Shown: positions 11,138 to 22,459 of the stretch, piece after piece | Layout of the letters: each line of letters starts with the position of its first letter | Numbering within the stretch: the first letter of the stretch is position 1 | Origin: Macrostomum lignano | Taxonomy: Eukaryota | Length of the DNA: 64,000 nucleotides | Direction: 5' to 3' | NCBI GenBank assembly: GCA_002269645.1 | Contig: NIVC01000127.1 | Location: forward strand, 186,001 to 250,000 | Position numbers and translations under genes: made by a program | Notes under the pieces: generated by a model | The model's input: only the letters and a program-made list of their open reading frames with translations | What the model was told of the DNA's origin: nothing | Database searches by the model: none

Positions 11138-12060
11138 TTGAAGGCTTCCGCTTGGGAGAAACTGTTGCATAACGACCCCGACAAGCAGTATTTGATGAAT
11201 GGCATTGTTCACGGCTTTCGTCTGGTTAATAATAAGCAGCCTAATATTACTACTCTGAGAGATAATTACGCATCCGCTAGCCAGAATGCCGCCAAGGTGG
11301 AAGCTCAGCTTCTGGATGAGCTTCGGCTAGGCCGCTACACCGTTACTCAGGAGCCTGTAAAAGTGAACCCAATTGGTGCCTTGCCTAAAGCCAACGGGAA
11401 AGTCCGCCTCATTCACGATCTGTCTGCTCCGCTCGGCGACTCTGTTAATGACTACTATCAGCAGGAGAAAGGTATCCTTTTTGGCTCCGTTCGAGAATTC
11501 AAAAAGCATTTAAAGCCCGGTTCCTTCATGGCCAAAGTGGATCTGAAAGATGCCTACAGGTCCGTCGCCATCAGTCCTGATGACCATTGTCTTACTGGTT
11601 TGAAGTGGCGCTTTCTAAGCCAGGACTGCGAGACTACGATGTTCGACACCAGGCTGCCTTTTGGTTCGCGCGCCTCCTGTGAGATTTTTCACCGGCTCTC
11701 ATCAGCGGTGAGACGCCACATGGTGCGGTGCGATTTTCATGCCACCGTCAACTACCTGGACGATTGGGCGATCGCAGCTGACACGGAGAGCGGGGCCCGG
11801 CGGGCCTATTGATTTTCTGACTAGTCTGCTGCAGTCGCTGGGGTTCACTATTAACTGGGATAAGTCGACTCAACCTGTGCAACAGTTGGTTTTCTGGGAA
11901 TAAGCATCGATACGCGCAAGGGCACGATGAGTCTTCCTGCTGACAAAGCCAGTGAGATCGACAGCCTGCTGAGGGACTGCGGCCGCATGCAGACCATTCG
12001 CCTCAAGACTATGCAGAAGCTGGTGGGAAAGCTCGGCTGGCTGTGTCAAATCAATGGCGG
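11138..12060 (+). pseudogene. Reverse transcriptase (DIRS/Ngaro type), frameshifted near 11810
   Basis: KVRLIHDLS, MAKVDLKDAYRSV, RLPFGSRASCEIF, VNYLDD; continues in another frame as LTSLLQSLGFTINWDKS...KLVGKLGW. Confidence 0.9.
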
Positions 12061-12650
12061 CCTTTCCTTGGGCCGCTGATTGCCTCCATGGACTATGACT
12101 GCAAGGCTACAATTTTAGTTACGTCCGAGCTGAAAATGCATCTGGATTGGTGGCTGGAAGCGCTGGACTGGTTGCCGCCTAGTAGTCTATGGCCAAACTA
12201 CCAGCAGCTCGCAGCGATCGAGTCTGGCAGCTGCACCAAAGGTGCGGCAGGCATTCTGAGGACCTCAACTGTCACTGACTGGGTCTACATCAACTGGGAG
12301 AGAGACTTTAATGACCAGTTCATGAATTTACACATCAACTTCAAGGAAGCCATGGCTCTGCTGTTGTCTGTTTTAAAGTTTCGCTCGACTCTGGTCAACA
12401 CCAGGGTTGTGGTGTACTCTGATAGTACCGCCGCTGTCGGCATGATAAAGCGCCTGTCCTGCAGTCATCCCGATCTCCTTCGGATCTATCAAACTGTGGC
12501 TTTGTTGTCCATTCGTGATGGTATTTGTATTGAAGCTTATCACCTGCCGGGTCGTATGCAAATTTCTAGTGACGCTGCGTCTCGTATGCTCGGTTCACGT
12601 GCTGAATTGCTCAACTTTTGCTTTCGTTTTTATGGTCACATCTGCCTTTT
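12043..12650 (+). pseudogene. DIRS-type RNase H domain
   Basis: HINFKEAMALL, VVVYSDSTAAV, EAYHLPGRMQISSDAASR match the DIRS RNase H pattern (HIN.xE, SDS/N, H.PG..N..AD..SR). Confidence 0.85.
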
Positions 12651-12699
12651 GCCTGACAATTTTGCCATGCACGCGCTCTCGGTGTCTTCTCGCGCCGCC

Positions 12700-13483
12700 C
12701 TCCGCTTTCAGGTCGCCTCCGCTCTCGGGACGGGCCGCCCCAGAAGGCAGTCTTCGTCAGTCTGCTCTGCCGCCTCGCCCTCGCAGACAGTTCCTGGAAA
12801 TCCTACTGCAGCCAATTCAAGGCCTGGCGTGCGTTCTGTGATCAGGCGGGCATCGGTCCGACCACCGCCAGCGAGAGCGACCTGTGCCAGTACGTCGTCC
12901 ACCTGGTGCAATCCCGAATTAGCGCCTTCTCAGCCCTGCGGTCCTACATCAATGCCGTCTCGGTGCTCCATCAGCTGGCCGGCTCGCCAGACCCAGCTCG
13001 AGGGCCGGCACGGCTGCAGTTCCTTTTGAGGGGTGCTCGGCGCTTCCTGGGGCTTCAGATCAAGCAGGTGACGGCGCTTGAGCCTGCTCACCTGCGGCGG
13101 CTTGCGGGCGACCCTGCGGCCCGTCGAGGCTTCGCCCCGAACCTGTGGTCTGCAGTGGCCTGGTGGGGGCTGATCAGAGTCGGCGACCTGCTGCCGGACT
13201 CTGGAGCTGCCGAGCTGCGCTCTAGCCATCTGTCCTGTTCCGGCTCCGGGCTGGTACTGCAGCTGCAGCGGTCCAAGACCAACCAGTTCGTCCAGCGTGT
13301 CCACACGGTGCAGCTGTGGGGCCAGTGGTTGTGGCCAGCTTTGCCCTGCAGGCGGGAGTGGCCTTGCCTGACATCATGGCCCTGGGTGACTGGCGTTCTG
13401 ACTGTGTGAAGCGCTACTTTAGTGGCCGTGCTTCTGTGGCCCGCAAGTCTCGGGCGGTCGATCAGATGGCGTCGCATTTTTAA
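12700..13483 (+). pseudogene. Tyrosine recombinase, internally deleted
   Basis: LRSYINAVSVLH, LIRVGDLL (catalytic Arg), RSKTNQ, and in another frame ASFALQAG...GDWRSDCVKRY (His/Trp and catalytic Tyr region). The H-x-x-R box is missing near 13320. Confidence 0.85.
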
Positions 13484-14928
13484 TTTCCCCCCGTCTCTTC
13501 TCTGACTAACTGTCGTTTTATCCTCTTTGGGGTTGGGAGTTCGTTTGCTGCTCCCCCCGTTATTGCTTCGTTGCATTCACGCCTCGCGCTCGCCAAGCGC
13601 TGCCCTCCTTGCCTGTCCATCCTCATGGTTTAAAGCTATTTTCAAGACTGTGATAGAACTTTTCATAAATTAGATAAAAACCTACTCGATTAAACTAAGA
13701 AAGATGCATGCACTGCAGAGACTACTGACGAAATTGAGTTCAGTAGTTCATTTTTGCGCTGTCGCGAGGTGCAAAGGCTTCTATGGCCACATAAGTGGCT
13801 AATGAGTGGCCCATCTTGTGTATACATGATCTTTGACTTCATCTACCGCCCGTGTTGTGGGGCAAAATGAATAGCCCAAATAAAGAAAGACTGATAAAAT
13901 AGAGAACGAAGGGCCAAGGAAGTGAGTGCGCTTCTCTGTCTCTTCTTTTTTGGTTGCGAATGGACAGCTATAGGGGTCCGTGTGTCCAAACGCCTAGCTA
14001 AAATGTGATAAATATCTCGCACACTGCAGGGAAAAGGCATTGCGGACAAATCTCATGGACCCTCTACCGTTACTCCATTGGCCAGGTTTTCAGAGATGAA
14101 ACATAATTTTGAGATTTATTCTGAGAAATTGGCCACTAGAGTGAACAAAGGACACTGCACTCGCTTCAAAAATCGCAAAATTTGCACCTTTCGAATTTCG
14201 GACTTTCGATTTCCAAATAAAGGGAACATGTGTCTCATTTGAGTTCGAGGTGCTAAAACAACCGAAAACTTACTATCTCTCTATTTTGCAGCGAAAACTA
14301 TGTAGCAGTCTCCAGTGAAATTTGCAGGATTTGAAAGCGCAAGCGTCCTTATAATGTAGTTCTCCAAGCCTCATATTCGTGTGCTTGTGTCTGTACAGTG
14401 GGTATCGCTGACTGCGAACTGACTGTCGTCCTGATTTGCCCTATTATTTTTTATTAGAGGCAGGGGGGTTGTGTGCACCCTGGCGCACTTTAAGCGACAT
14501 GGGCACACAACCGGCGAGAGGCATTACTGCCCATTCCGCCGACTCCCCTGAGCAGGCACACAAGCGCGCGGATACGTACGCAGGTACACACTCATACAGG
14601 AGTGTACAGCGACCCTAACTTTATATTATTGTTAGGCATGCACACTTCACTGCGCCTTGGGGGGTTGGCTCTCAAGGCCGTTAATTGCACGAGCAGAGCC
14701 AAGCCGAGATTCCAATTCAGCCCCAAATTAATGTGAACCTGCACTTGGAATCGAGCCTGGGTCGCTGGCACACCAGAGCCTGCGCTAGACCGCTGGGCTA
14801 CGGCCCCCCTCTGATTTGCCCTAAGTGCCCAAAAGCATCTCAGCAAACCATGCTACTACAAGTAGTGCAGTGTAACCAAATTTCATCACTCTCTGAACTT
14901 ACCTCTACGCTTGAGATGTTTTGAGATG

Positions 14929-15617
14929 TCAGGTTCATGAGGGAATTGCTGAAATGCTGTGGCTCATGGGGGTTTGCTGAGATGTCAAGGTTCATGAGGG
15001 AATTGCTGAAATGCTGTGGATCATGGGGGTTTGCTGAGATGTCAAGGTTCATGAGGGAATTGCTGAAATGCTGTGGCTCATGGGGGTTTGCTGAGATGTC
15101 AAGGTTCATGAGGGAATTGCTGAAATGCTGTGGCTCATGGGGGTTTGCTGAGATGTCAAGGTTTATGAGGGAATTGCTGAATTGCTGTGGCTCATGGGGG
15201 TTTGCTGAGATGTCAAGGTTCATGAGGGAATTGCTGAAATGCTGTGGCTCATGGGGGTTTGCTGAGATGTCAAGGTTCATGAGGGAATTGCTGAAATGCT
15301 GTGGCTCATGGGGGTTTGCTGAGATGTCAAGGTTCATGAGGGAATTGCTGAAATGCTGTGGCTCATGGGGGTTTGCTGAGATGTCAAGGTTCATGAGGGA
15401 ATTGCTGAAATGCTGTGGCTCATGGGGGTTTGCTAAGATGTCAAGGTTCATGAGGAGATTGCTGAAATGCTGTGGCTCATGGGGGTTTGCTAAGATGTCA
15501 AGGTTCATTAGGAGATTGCTGAAATGCTGTGGCTCATGGGGGTTTGCTGAGATGTCAAGGTTCATGAGGGATTGCTGAAATGCTGTGGCTCATGGGGGTT
15601 TGCTAAGATGTCAAGAT
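14929..15617. repeat. Minisatellite, 57-bp unit (dimer of 29+28-bp related subunits), ~12 copies
   Basis: GCTGAGATGTCAAGGTTCATGAGGGAATT+GCTGAAATGCTGTGGCTCATGGGGGTTT. Confidence 0.97.
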
Positions 15618-16549
15618 TAATTGGGAGTTGTTGGTAGGCCATCATCAAAGAGACAGTTAGGGTTAAGCCATGGCTTAAAGGGAGGCTTTGATCCCAAAGC
15701 TCACGTGGTGCTGATATTTTCGGCTAGATTGCTGGTTTTCGGGGCTGATACTGTTTTTGCTTCAAGCATCATTTTCCCTAAGATACTAACAATTACAAAA
15801 CCTACATTTAGTTTATAAAAAATGCTTTTATTCCTTTCTTTCTTGCTTCCCCACGGGGGCGTAGATTGCTAGTTCCATCTAAAATTTCGATAATGCATCA
15901 AAACAGCAAAGGAAGTGAAGCATCTCTCAGCGGTAAAAGGTGTGAAAATGGTTAAATTCCTGGATTCGGCTAAAGACGCCAAATCAACGTTTTTCTTTTT
16001 CTATCGATTCCGCACGTCAATAGAAGAATGAAGCTTTTGTTTCAAAAACAAACGGGCTTTTCTGAACAATTGACGTGTTGGTGATGCGCCATGCGTTTTA
16101 CAATAGGGCAACAGCTCAATTTGAATGGGGCAACTCAATAGGTTTTCCTTCTCGAAAAGGCTGCACGAATGATCAGGCGCACTGGATATTTAAGAAATAA
16201 AATTTTCAGAATCCTTAAAACCCTTCAGTGCTTTTGTTTTCATCTGGGAAAAGTGAACAGTTTGCATACTTTCCATGCATGTTCTTTTCCGGTCGCGATT
16301 GCGTAACACAAGCGTAACATTATTCTTTTTAATTTCGGCAGCCGTAAGATTATCATAAGACGGCCGGCTTCAGGATATTTCAGAATCTGAACCACCGGTG
16401 ATTTGCATCAAAATGGAACAGTAACTCTTTGGTCTGATGGGACTATAGACAATCTGTGACAAAAAGTATGAAGTAAAATCTAGGTTGCATCATAGATAGG
16501 AACTTCAAAGGATAAAACCAGTGATAAGACCAGTTCTAAGCCATCCTAA

Positions 16550-16760
16550 GTCTTAAAGACAAAAAATTGTCTACACGAGCTTGCAGAAGAAGCTTTACTA
16601 ACTCGTATGTTTCAAAGCAGACTTAATCTTCTTACTAAGTGCTGTTTCCAGATGCGTAGATAAATACAAAATATATTAATATGGGCTGCATAAGGCAGTA
16701 ATACACCAATATGGAAGGCTTGCGGAGGCTGAAACCAGCTGAAACGTCGAGACACATAGA
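16550..16760 (+). mobile_element. Possible decayed Penelope-like element 3' end
   Basis: LAEEALLTRMFQSRLN resembles the GIY-YIG C-terminus (E..xI....LN), followed by a degenerate hammerhead-like GCGGAGGCTGAAACCAGCTGAAACGTC. Confidence 0.35.
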
Positions 16761-17006
16761 GCCACTCCCTGCTCTCCGGCTGCTGAAGTCAGTGCCTCAA
16801 CTGGTAACCCATTATATTCTTTCATTCATGCAAAAAACAGCTTTCTGTCACTTCTGCTTTGTCTACAACTCATTAACATGCAGCATCCAAAGGAACCCGA
16901 AAATTGCTGAGCATCAGGGCGGCTGCCTTTCAACCTTTTGACTCCCCAGACCTAAAAATCTGACAGCATTTCCACCCAGATGGAGTGGGATAAAGCCTGC
17001 CTCCTC

Positions 17007-17205
17007 CTTCATCCGGGTGCCTCATCAGGGTACCTCCTCCTTCATCCGGGTGCCTCAGCCTTCATCCGGGTGCCTCCTTCTTCATCCGGGTGCCTCAGCC
17101 TTCATCCGGGTGCCTCCTTCTTCATTCGGGTGCCTCTGCCTTCATCCGGGTGCCTCAGCCTTCATTCGGGTGCCTCAGCCTTCATTCGGGTGCCTCAGCC
17201 TTCAT
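17007..17205. repeat. Minisatellite, 20-bp unit, ~10 copies
   Basis: TTCATCCGGGTGCCTCAGCC repeated. Confidence 0.92.
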
Positions 17206-17525
17206 GCCGCAGCAGATGACTAGGATAGGGCCATTTGGAGGCTGAAAAAAGAAATACAAAAAATGCCAAGAGCATATAAAAGAAATTTCTAGGCTTTAAG
17301 TAATTGCTTTTGTATTTTTTTAACCTGCCACTGAGAAAGCGTACTGCTGTTGCAGGTTTTTCGAGTTTCGAGTTATTTCAATCTTTTTGATTTCTGCGGA
17401 TTGTTGAATGAAATGACAACAAAAGCAGGTATCAGTAGCCATTAGGTAAAGTTGCCCTTGACAGTCAGAAACCGATCATGAAGTCCATTTTATTTTAAGT
17501 CGAGCCTGCACCTCAGTTTTGTAAC

Positions 17526-18605
17526 TTAAGGTTGATAGTCAGCACTGCGACGCAACAGCACGGCTCTTCGAAACTGACGATTTCGGCGTAGCAGCACAAA
17601 GAAGGCGGTGCACTGGTTGATGAGGCCAGTCACCGAGCTGCAAAACAGCATGTTCACCACAAGGGCTATGTAGTCCATGTTTTCAGCCACGTTCACTAGG
17701 CGGGCCGCCAGCTCAGCCCAGAGGCGGAACACAAGCATCGGAACGTTGAGAACCAGGTAAATAACGCTCATAATCATGACCACTAGAACTCCAGAGATCT
17801 CCGAGGTAGTCAGCTGTTGCTGCTGCTGTTGAGCCGCCGACAAAGACCGACGATTTCGGATTGATTGGATAACCCGCCGGAGCAGGAAACAGTTGAGAGC
17901 CAGGATAGTCAGGATGAGCAGCAGTGGCGGGTTGGTGAGCAAAATGGTGTACGGCATCATGAACAGCTGCGAGTTGGCGAGTCGGTAGCAGTAGATGGCT
18001 GCCACCCCATTGCCCAGCGGCACTTGCAAGTAGCCCATCAGGAAAACGTTCGGCAGGGCGATCGCAGCGGACAGAACGAGTGTTCCAGCCAGAGCCCTCG
18101 CCGCCCAGCGCAGCCCGACATTCTTCATCGCTAGCGGTCGGTGTACAACCAGCACTCGGTCAGTGACCAGCACCAGCAGCCACATGCAGGACAGCACGTG
18201 GCAGAAGTTCAGAGCGTATCGAGACACCTTGCACATGGCATCGCTCAGGTTGTAGCTGAAAAATCCGAATTGGCCTCTGGTAAGCCAGGGTAGCCCCTTA
18301 GTGAGAAACCCGTTGAAGACTCCGATCACGACGAGGCTGAGAATGTCAGCGATAGCGTTGAAGCTCAGGTACAGATTCTGGCGAGTGAGGGGCCTCAGAC
18401 GGTTCAACATGACGTGGACCACGATGATGTTGCCCACGAGTCCAGTGACGAAGATCGCTGGCAGTAGGATGCCAGACAGGATGCCCATCACGTTTGACAC
18501 GGCGCAGTACAGTTTCCGGGACGGATCGCCGCTCATACAATCCCTTACCATCAACATGGCGTTGTCACCGAATACAACTCGCCTCACTTTTTGAGTGGCA
18601 TTCAT
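17526..18605 (-). CDS. Intronless rhodopsin-class 7TM GPCR, paralog C
   Basis: 359-aa ORF starting MNATQ; same family motifs (DCMSGDPSR, GN, IAD, AMCKV, TDRVL, FFVL). Confidence 0.93.
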   Translation of the reverse strand: MNATQKVRRVVFGDNAMLMVRDCMSGDPSRKLYCAVSNVMGILSGILLPAIFVTGLVGNIIVVHVMLNRLRPLTRQNLYLSFNAIADILSLVVIGVFNGFLTKGLPWLTRGQFGFFSYNLSDAMCKVSRYALNFCHVLSCMWLLVLVTDRVLVVHRPLAMKNVGLRWAARALAGTLVLSAAIALPNVFLMGYLQVPLGNGVAAIYCYRLANSQLFMMPYTILLTNPPLLLILTILALNCFLLRRVIQSIRNRRSLSAAQQQQQQLTTSEISGVLVVMIMSVIYLVLNVPMLVFRLWAELAARLVNVAENMDYIALVVNMLFCSSVTGLINQCTAFFVLLRRNRQFRRAVLLRRSADYQP

Positions 18606-19952
18606 CGCTGATATCTCTTTTGGGTTGCGTTTGGTGTTTAATGCTTGTGATACCTGCTATGTAATTTAAAACAGTATTGAACAGAATTCCGCAAACAGCT
18701 TACTGGAGTAAATTTTACGCAAAATTACTGGTCGATTTTAATTGGTCTGAAATTCTGATTGGTTCTTGCTTTGAATTGTCATTTGCCTGCAACTTACTCT
18801 CTTATACATGTAAATGACACTTTCATCAGCTAAAAGATGACTTTCCGAAAGGGAGTTTTATATTTCTTGTGTATTATCCACATCTAAAACTTCCTGTTCA
18901 GTGCTAACAGGAATTTTCCCGAATTTTTTATATCGTCAGGTCAGACAAACATCACAGAAAGACATGCCTTGCATTGCATTTCCATGGAAACATTTTGGGT
19001 TTTGACGTGAAATTATTTCCATGAAATTATTAGCTAACCTCTGGTTCCATGGTTTTCTTTTTTATCCATTAATCTGGAAGTTTTCGGGCGAAGATAGGCG
19101 TACGAACTTTTTAGAAGATAGGAGGATGTGAGGCCGTTGTCACCAGGGCGTTCTTATAAAGTAATGCTGAGATTTTTTACCATTTTCTAAACAGCTACGT
19201 ATACAAATTTATAAACGATAAACAAAAACTAATTGTTAGAATAAACAGTCGTAAATAAAATTACCTTTTTGAATAAAATTATTTAATTCAACAAAAAATC
19301 TAAATCTTTTGTTTAAATCAGACAAAAATAAAATTTGTTTCGAATCCCCGAATCCCCGGACTCTTTTTAATTAGTACTACTACATTCCCAAATACATTAT
19401 ATCCAAATTCCAAAGTAGCCTAGGTCCTACCAAAACTTCCATAGTCTGAATTTTTCCAAATTGTGTCTTCGCTGTATATCAGGAGGAACCGTTAATTAAA
19501 AAATATAACATCTCTAGGCTAAGGATTGGCTGTGTTAATGTATGTTGGCAAATTTCTGTTTGCAGAAAAAGTAGGTCTAGGGCTAGGCCTAGCTAGGGGG
19601 CCTATATTTATAATTTATCTTATGCTCAAATTAGCGCTTCTACATCTAGAAAGATCAGAAGTTTCTAAATATTAAAGCTTATTTTAGATTAAGCCTGTAC
19701 TTATACAGTGGCATGTTAATTGTTATTTTTTATTGTTTAGCCTACTTTATTGGGCAAGTAAAAAATAGTAAGAATATAGACAGTTAAGTAAAAGTTCTTG
19801 TTAAAGCAAATTAACTTTTAACTAATAATAGAAATTTTAAAAGTAACTTTGTAATTTATAAAATAACTGGTAACTTTTAGCCTAGGCCTATCCTAAAATA
19901 GCAGCCTTTAGGTCTATAAAGAGTTATAACGACTTAGGCATAGACCTAGGCA

Positions 19953-20543
19953 TGGCTGAACGTTAACGAATGTAATTAAAGGCTAATTAATTATGCCAGT
20001 TATTATTGCTTTTGGTTTGAGTTAAATAGCAGGCAAGCACGGGATAAAGATAATATATATTATTACTAATGCATGAGATGGGTTTGTTTGCTGCAGTGCC
20101 GGTGCGCTAGGTCAAACTTACTAAACGAAACTATTAATTAATAAAACAACTATTAAAAAGGAAGTGGTCGTAGTGGTAGAGGAAGGGTGGTAGGTGGGTT
20201 GGTAGGGAAAACTTTAAAGAAAACAGGGCACAAAAGCGGCATAAATAATCAAAAAGGGACGCTGACAAGCACTGGAAACAGACGTTGGGCAACAAAATTC
20301 ATGGGATGGAATAGGCTCAAATACATTGGGACACCAGGCGGATAAACAAAATTTAACATAGGGAACAACGAAAAACAGTGAAGGGACGCGACCAGGCCAC
20401 GGAAAGGAAAGGGAGCTGGGCAAACGATGGACAAAAATTGAGGTGAAAAGATAGCGGATGGGACAGTATATTATAGTTTTGAATGTGCTTCATATTATTA
20501 AAATTAGGTTCAGTCAATTACTTGTGGCATCTCGCCTACCACA
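19953..20543. repeat. LTR-like direct repeat copy 1 (~590 bp, TG...CA)
   Basis: Colinear and roughly 90-95% identical by eye to 26708-27304; both begin TGGCTGAACG and end CCACA. Confidence 0.85.
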
Positions 20544-20583
20544 TACGCGGGGCAGCCCTACGCAATGGGAAGAAACTTGGCAG

Positions 20584-21312
20584 TCACCCGCTGCCATGGT
20601 GGCGTCCTCGGCCGGCTGATGAATAGCCGCCTCGGTTGGTGCTGCTGGAATCGCCCTGGTGGTTGGTCCTGGGCGCCTGAACTGAACTGGCAAGCCTCAG
20701 ATCCCAGCAGAGCTGTTCTAGATGGGCCGGAATCCTGTCGCATCGCCCAAATTCTGCAAACAGGGCAGCCAGGGTGACGCAAGGGCCGAGCTGCTGTCCG
20801 GCAGTGTCGGCTTGTAAATGGGTGCCGACAAGCACTGCAGCCACGTTGATGGCCAGTACCACCTCCGGCTGCAGATATTGGGCAGCGATCTGGCTCCAGA
20901 GCCGGCAGCCATTCATAAGGGTGGCCCCTGGTCCGTTGATCGTCTCCCAGTACAGCAATTCTGCGAGGGTCTGGGTCAGCTTGGGCTCTCGCAGTGGGGC
21001 CTGCGTCTCATTGGCCTAGGGTGGTATGGCCGGCCTTTCGTTACTTGAGCCGCTAGTCCAGGCGGCTGGCGGCGGCAAAGGCGTTTCCGGGTGCACCTCT
21101 AGGAGTCGGATCGCCTCGTCGTCGATTTCCGGGAGCACTTGGGTAGCGCTGACTTGGGCCAGGAACTGGTCATCGTTGGAAACTGGGTTGGGGGCTGGCG
21201 CAGGCGGAGCGTTGGCAGACGTTGGACCTGTTTGACCATTGTCATAGGCATCGTCGAAATCCAGGTCATTGTCTTCTGGAGCCACTTCTCCGTACATAGT
21301 GTTGTTACACAT
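20584..21312 (-). pseudogene. Orphan ~242-codon ORF with one in-frame TAG, probably a retroelement ORF1/accessory protein
   Basis: ORFs 21016-21312 and 20584-20958 share a frame separated by one stop. Acidic/Pro-rich N-terminus, RGG-rich C-terminus, GC-rich against AT-rich flanks. Confidence 0.45.
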
Positions 21313-22459
21313 ATCAGCAGCAAGCTACAAACGAATCAACCAAAATAAGTAGTGGGCAGCAGTAAAAAAAACAACTGAATTATATATATATATATGAAGA
21401 GGATCAGGACGACAGAATATTAGAAAGCGAATTGGACTTGGCTAAGTGCACAGAGTAATTTGAAAATTAACGACAGTGAGGGGGCACTTGGCTGCCTTAA
21501 ATACGCAAGTGGCTGCCCAAGCAATGAATAAGAGGGAAATCACACATTGGAACAGGGCACCAGTCACCGCCCCGCATGCACTCTATGGTGGGCACGGAGG
21601 TGGGGTGGGTGACTAATTGCGGAGTAATAAAACAGATAGCTAACTGCGACCGCAGCAGGAGGTCTAACTTTGAATGAATTGGGGCGCCTTGAACGGCTCA
21701 CATCCAATGGGGCAGTTAAGAAAAGGCTGGTTAGCACACAAACAACATTTAAAATAAAAGCAGTAAAGGAGCAAAGGCAGGCTCCGTACTAATGATAATG
21801 TTAGAATAAAGTAGGTTAGCTTCCGATATGGCATGCAGAGGCTTCATAAGGAGTTGCAATGAAACAGGGGCAACAACTGGCACTGGGAAAGGGGGGAGCC
21901 AAAATTAGCGGCCCTCACAATGTTCCCAGGCTCGAGCAAAACAAACAAAGAACAGGGGGTCAAGTCACCTCAAATACCCTCCACTGAGGACAAGGCCTGG
22001 ATCCAGGGCGCTTGACCTAAATGGGGCACAGACAAATTGGCCCTAAGACAGCGGGCTCACAGAATAGTAGAGAGAAAAAGGGGTACCTTCAGTTTTAATC
22101 GAACTAGAAGGTTTACAATAATTAATTGCTTTTCCCAAAAGCATAAGGAAAAGAGGGGGTACTTCTGCACTTTGATCGTGTGCGAAGAAGTTTACAATAA
22201 CAGGGATTCACAAAATCAGATGAGACACAAATACTGTATTGCATCGATTAAATATTGAATGCGTTGAATAAAATGGTCACATTGGTGTGGGCTTTTGCCA
22301 GAAAGCTTAAGGATAAATACGAAGCACAGAGGTGCTGATTAATGAATCGCGTTGGGTAACTAGCAACATTGCAGACTATACATGAGCATGGAACTGCTCA
22401 AATATATACACTGCTTTTAGCCAGAAAGCATAAGGAAAAAATAAAAATATAGCAAAAGG

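Larger units (their letters stand above)
10570..13630 (+). mobile_element. Degenerate tyrosine-recombinase retrotransposon (DIRS order, Ngaro-like)
   Basis: Gag zinc-finger remnant, RT, RNase H and YR in DIRS order on one strand, broken by frameshifts and a deletion. Outer boundaries approximate. Confidence 0.85.

Noticed and set aside
10400-13800. Split direct repeats expected for Ngaro elements
   Set aside because: No matching A/B repeats found by eye between the 5' and 3' regions
14840-15578. 213-241 aa repetitive ORFs
   Set aside because: Translations of the 57-bp satellite
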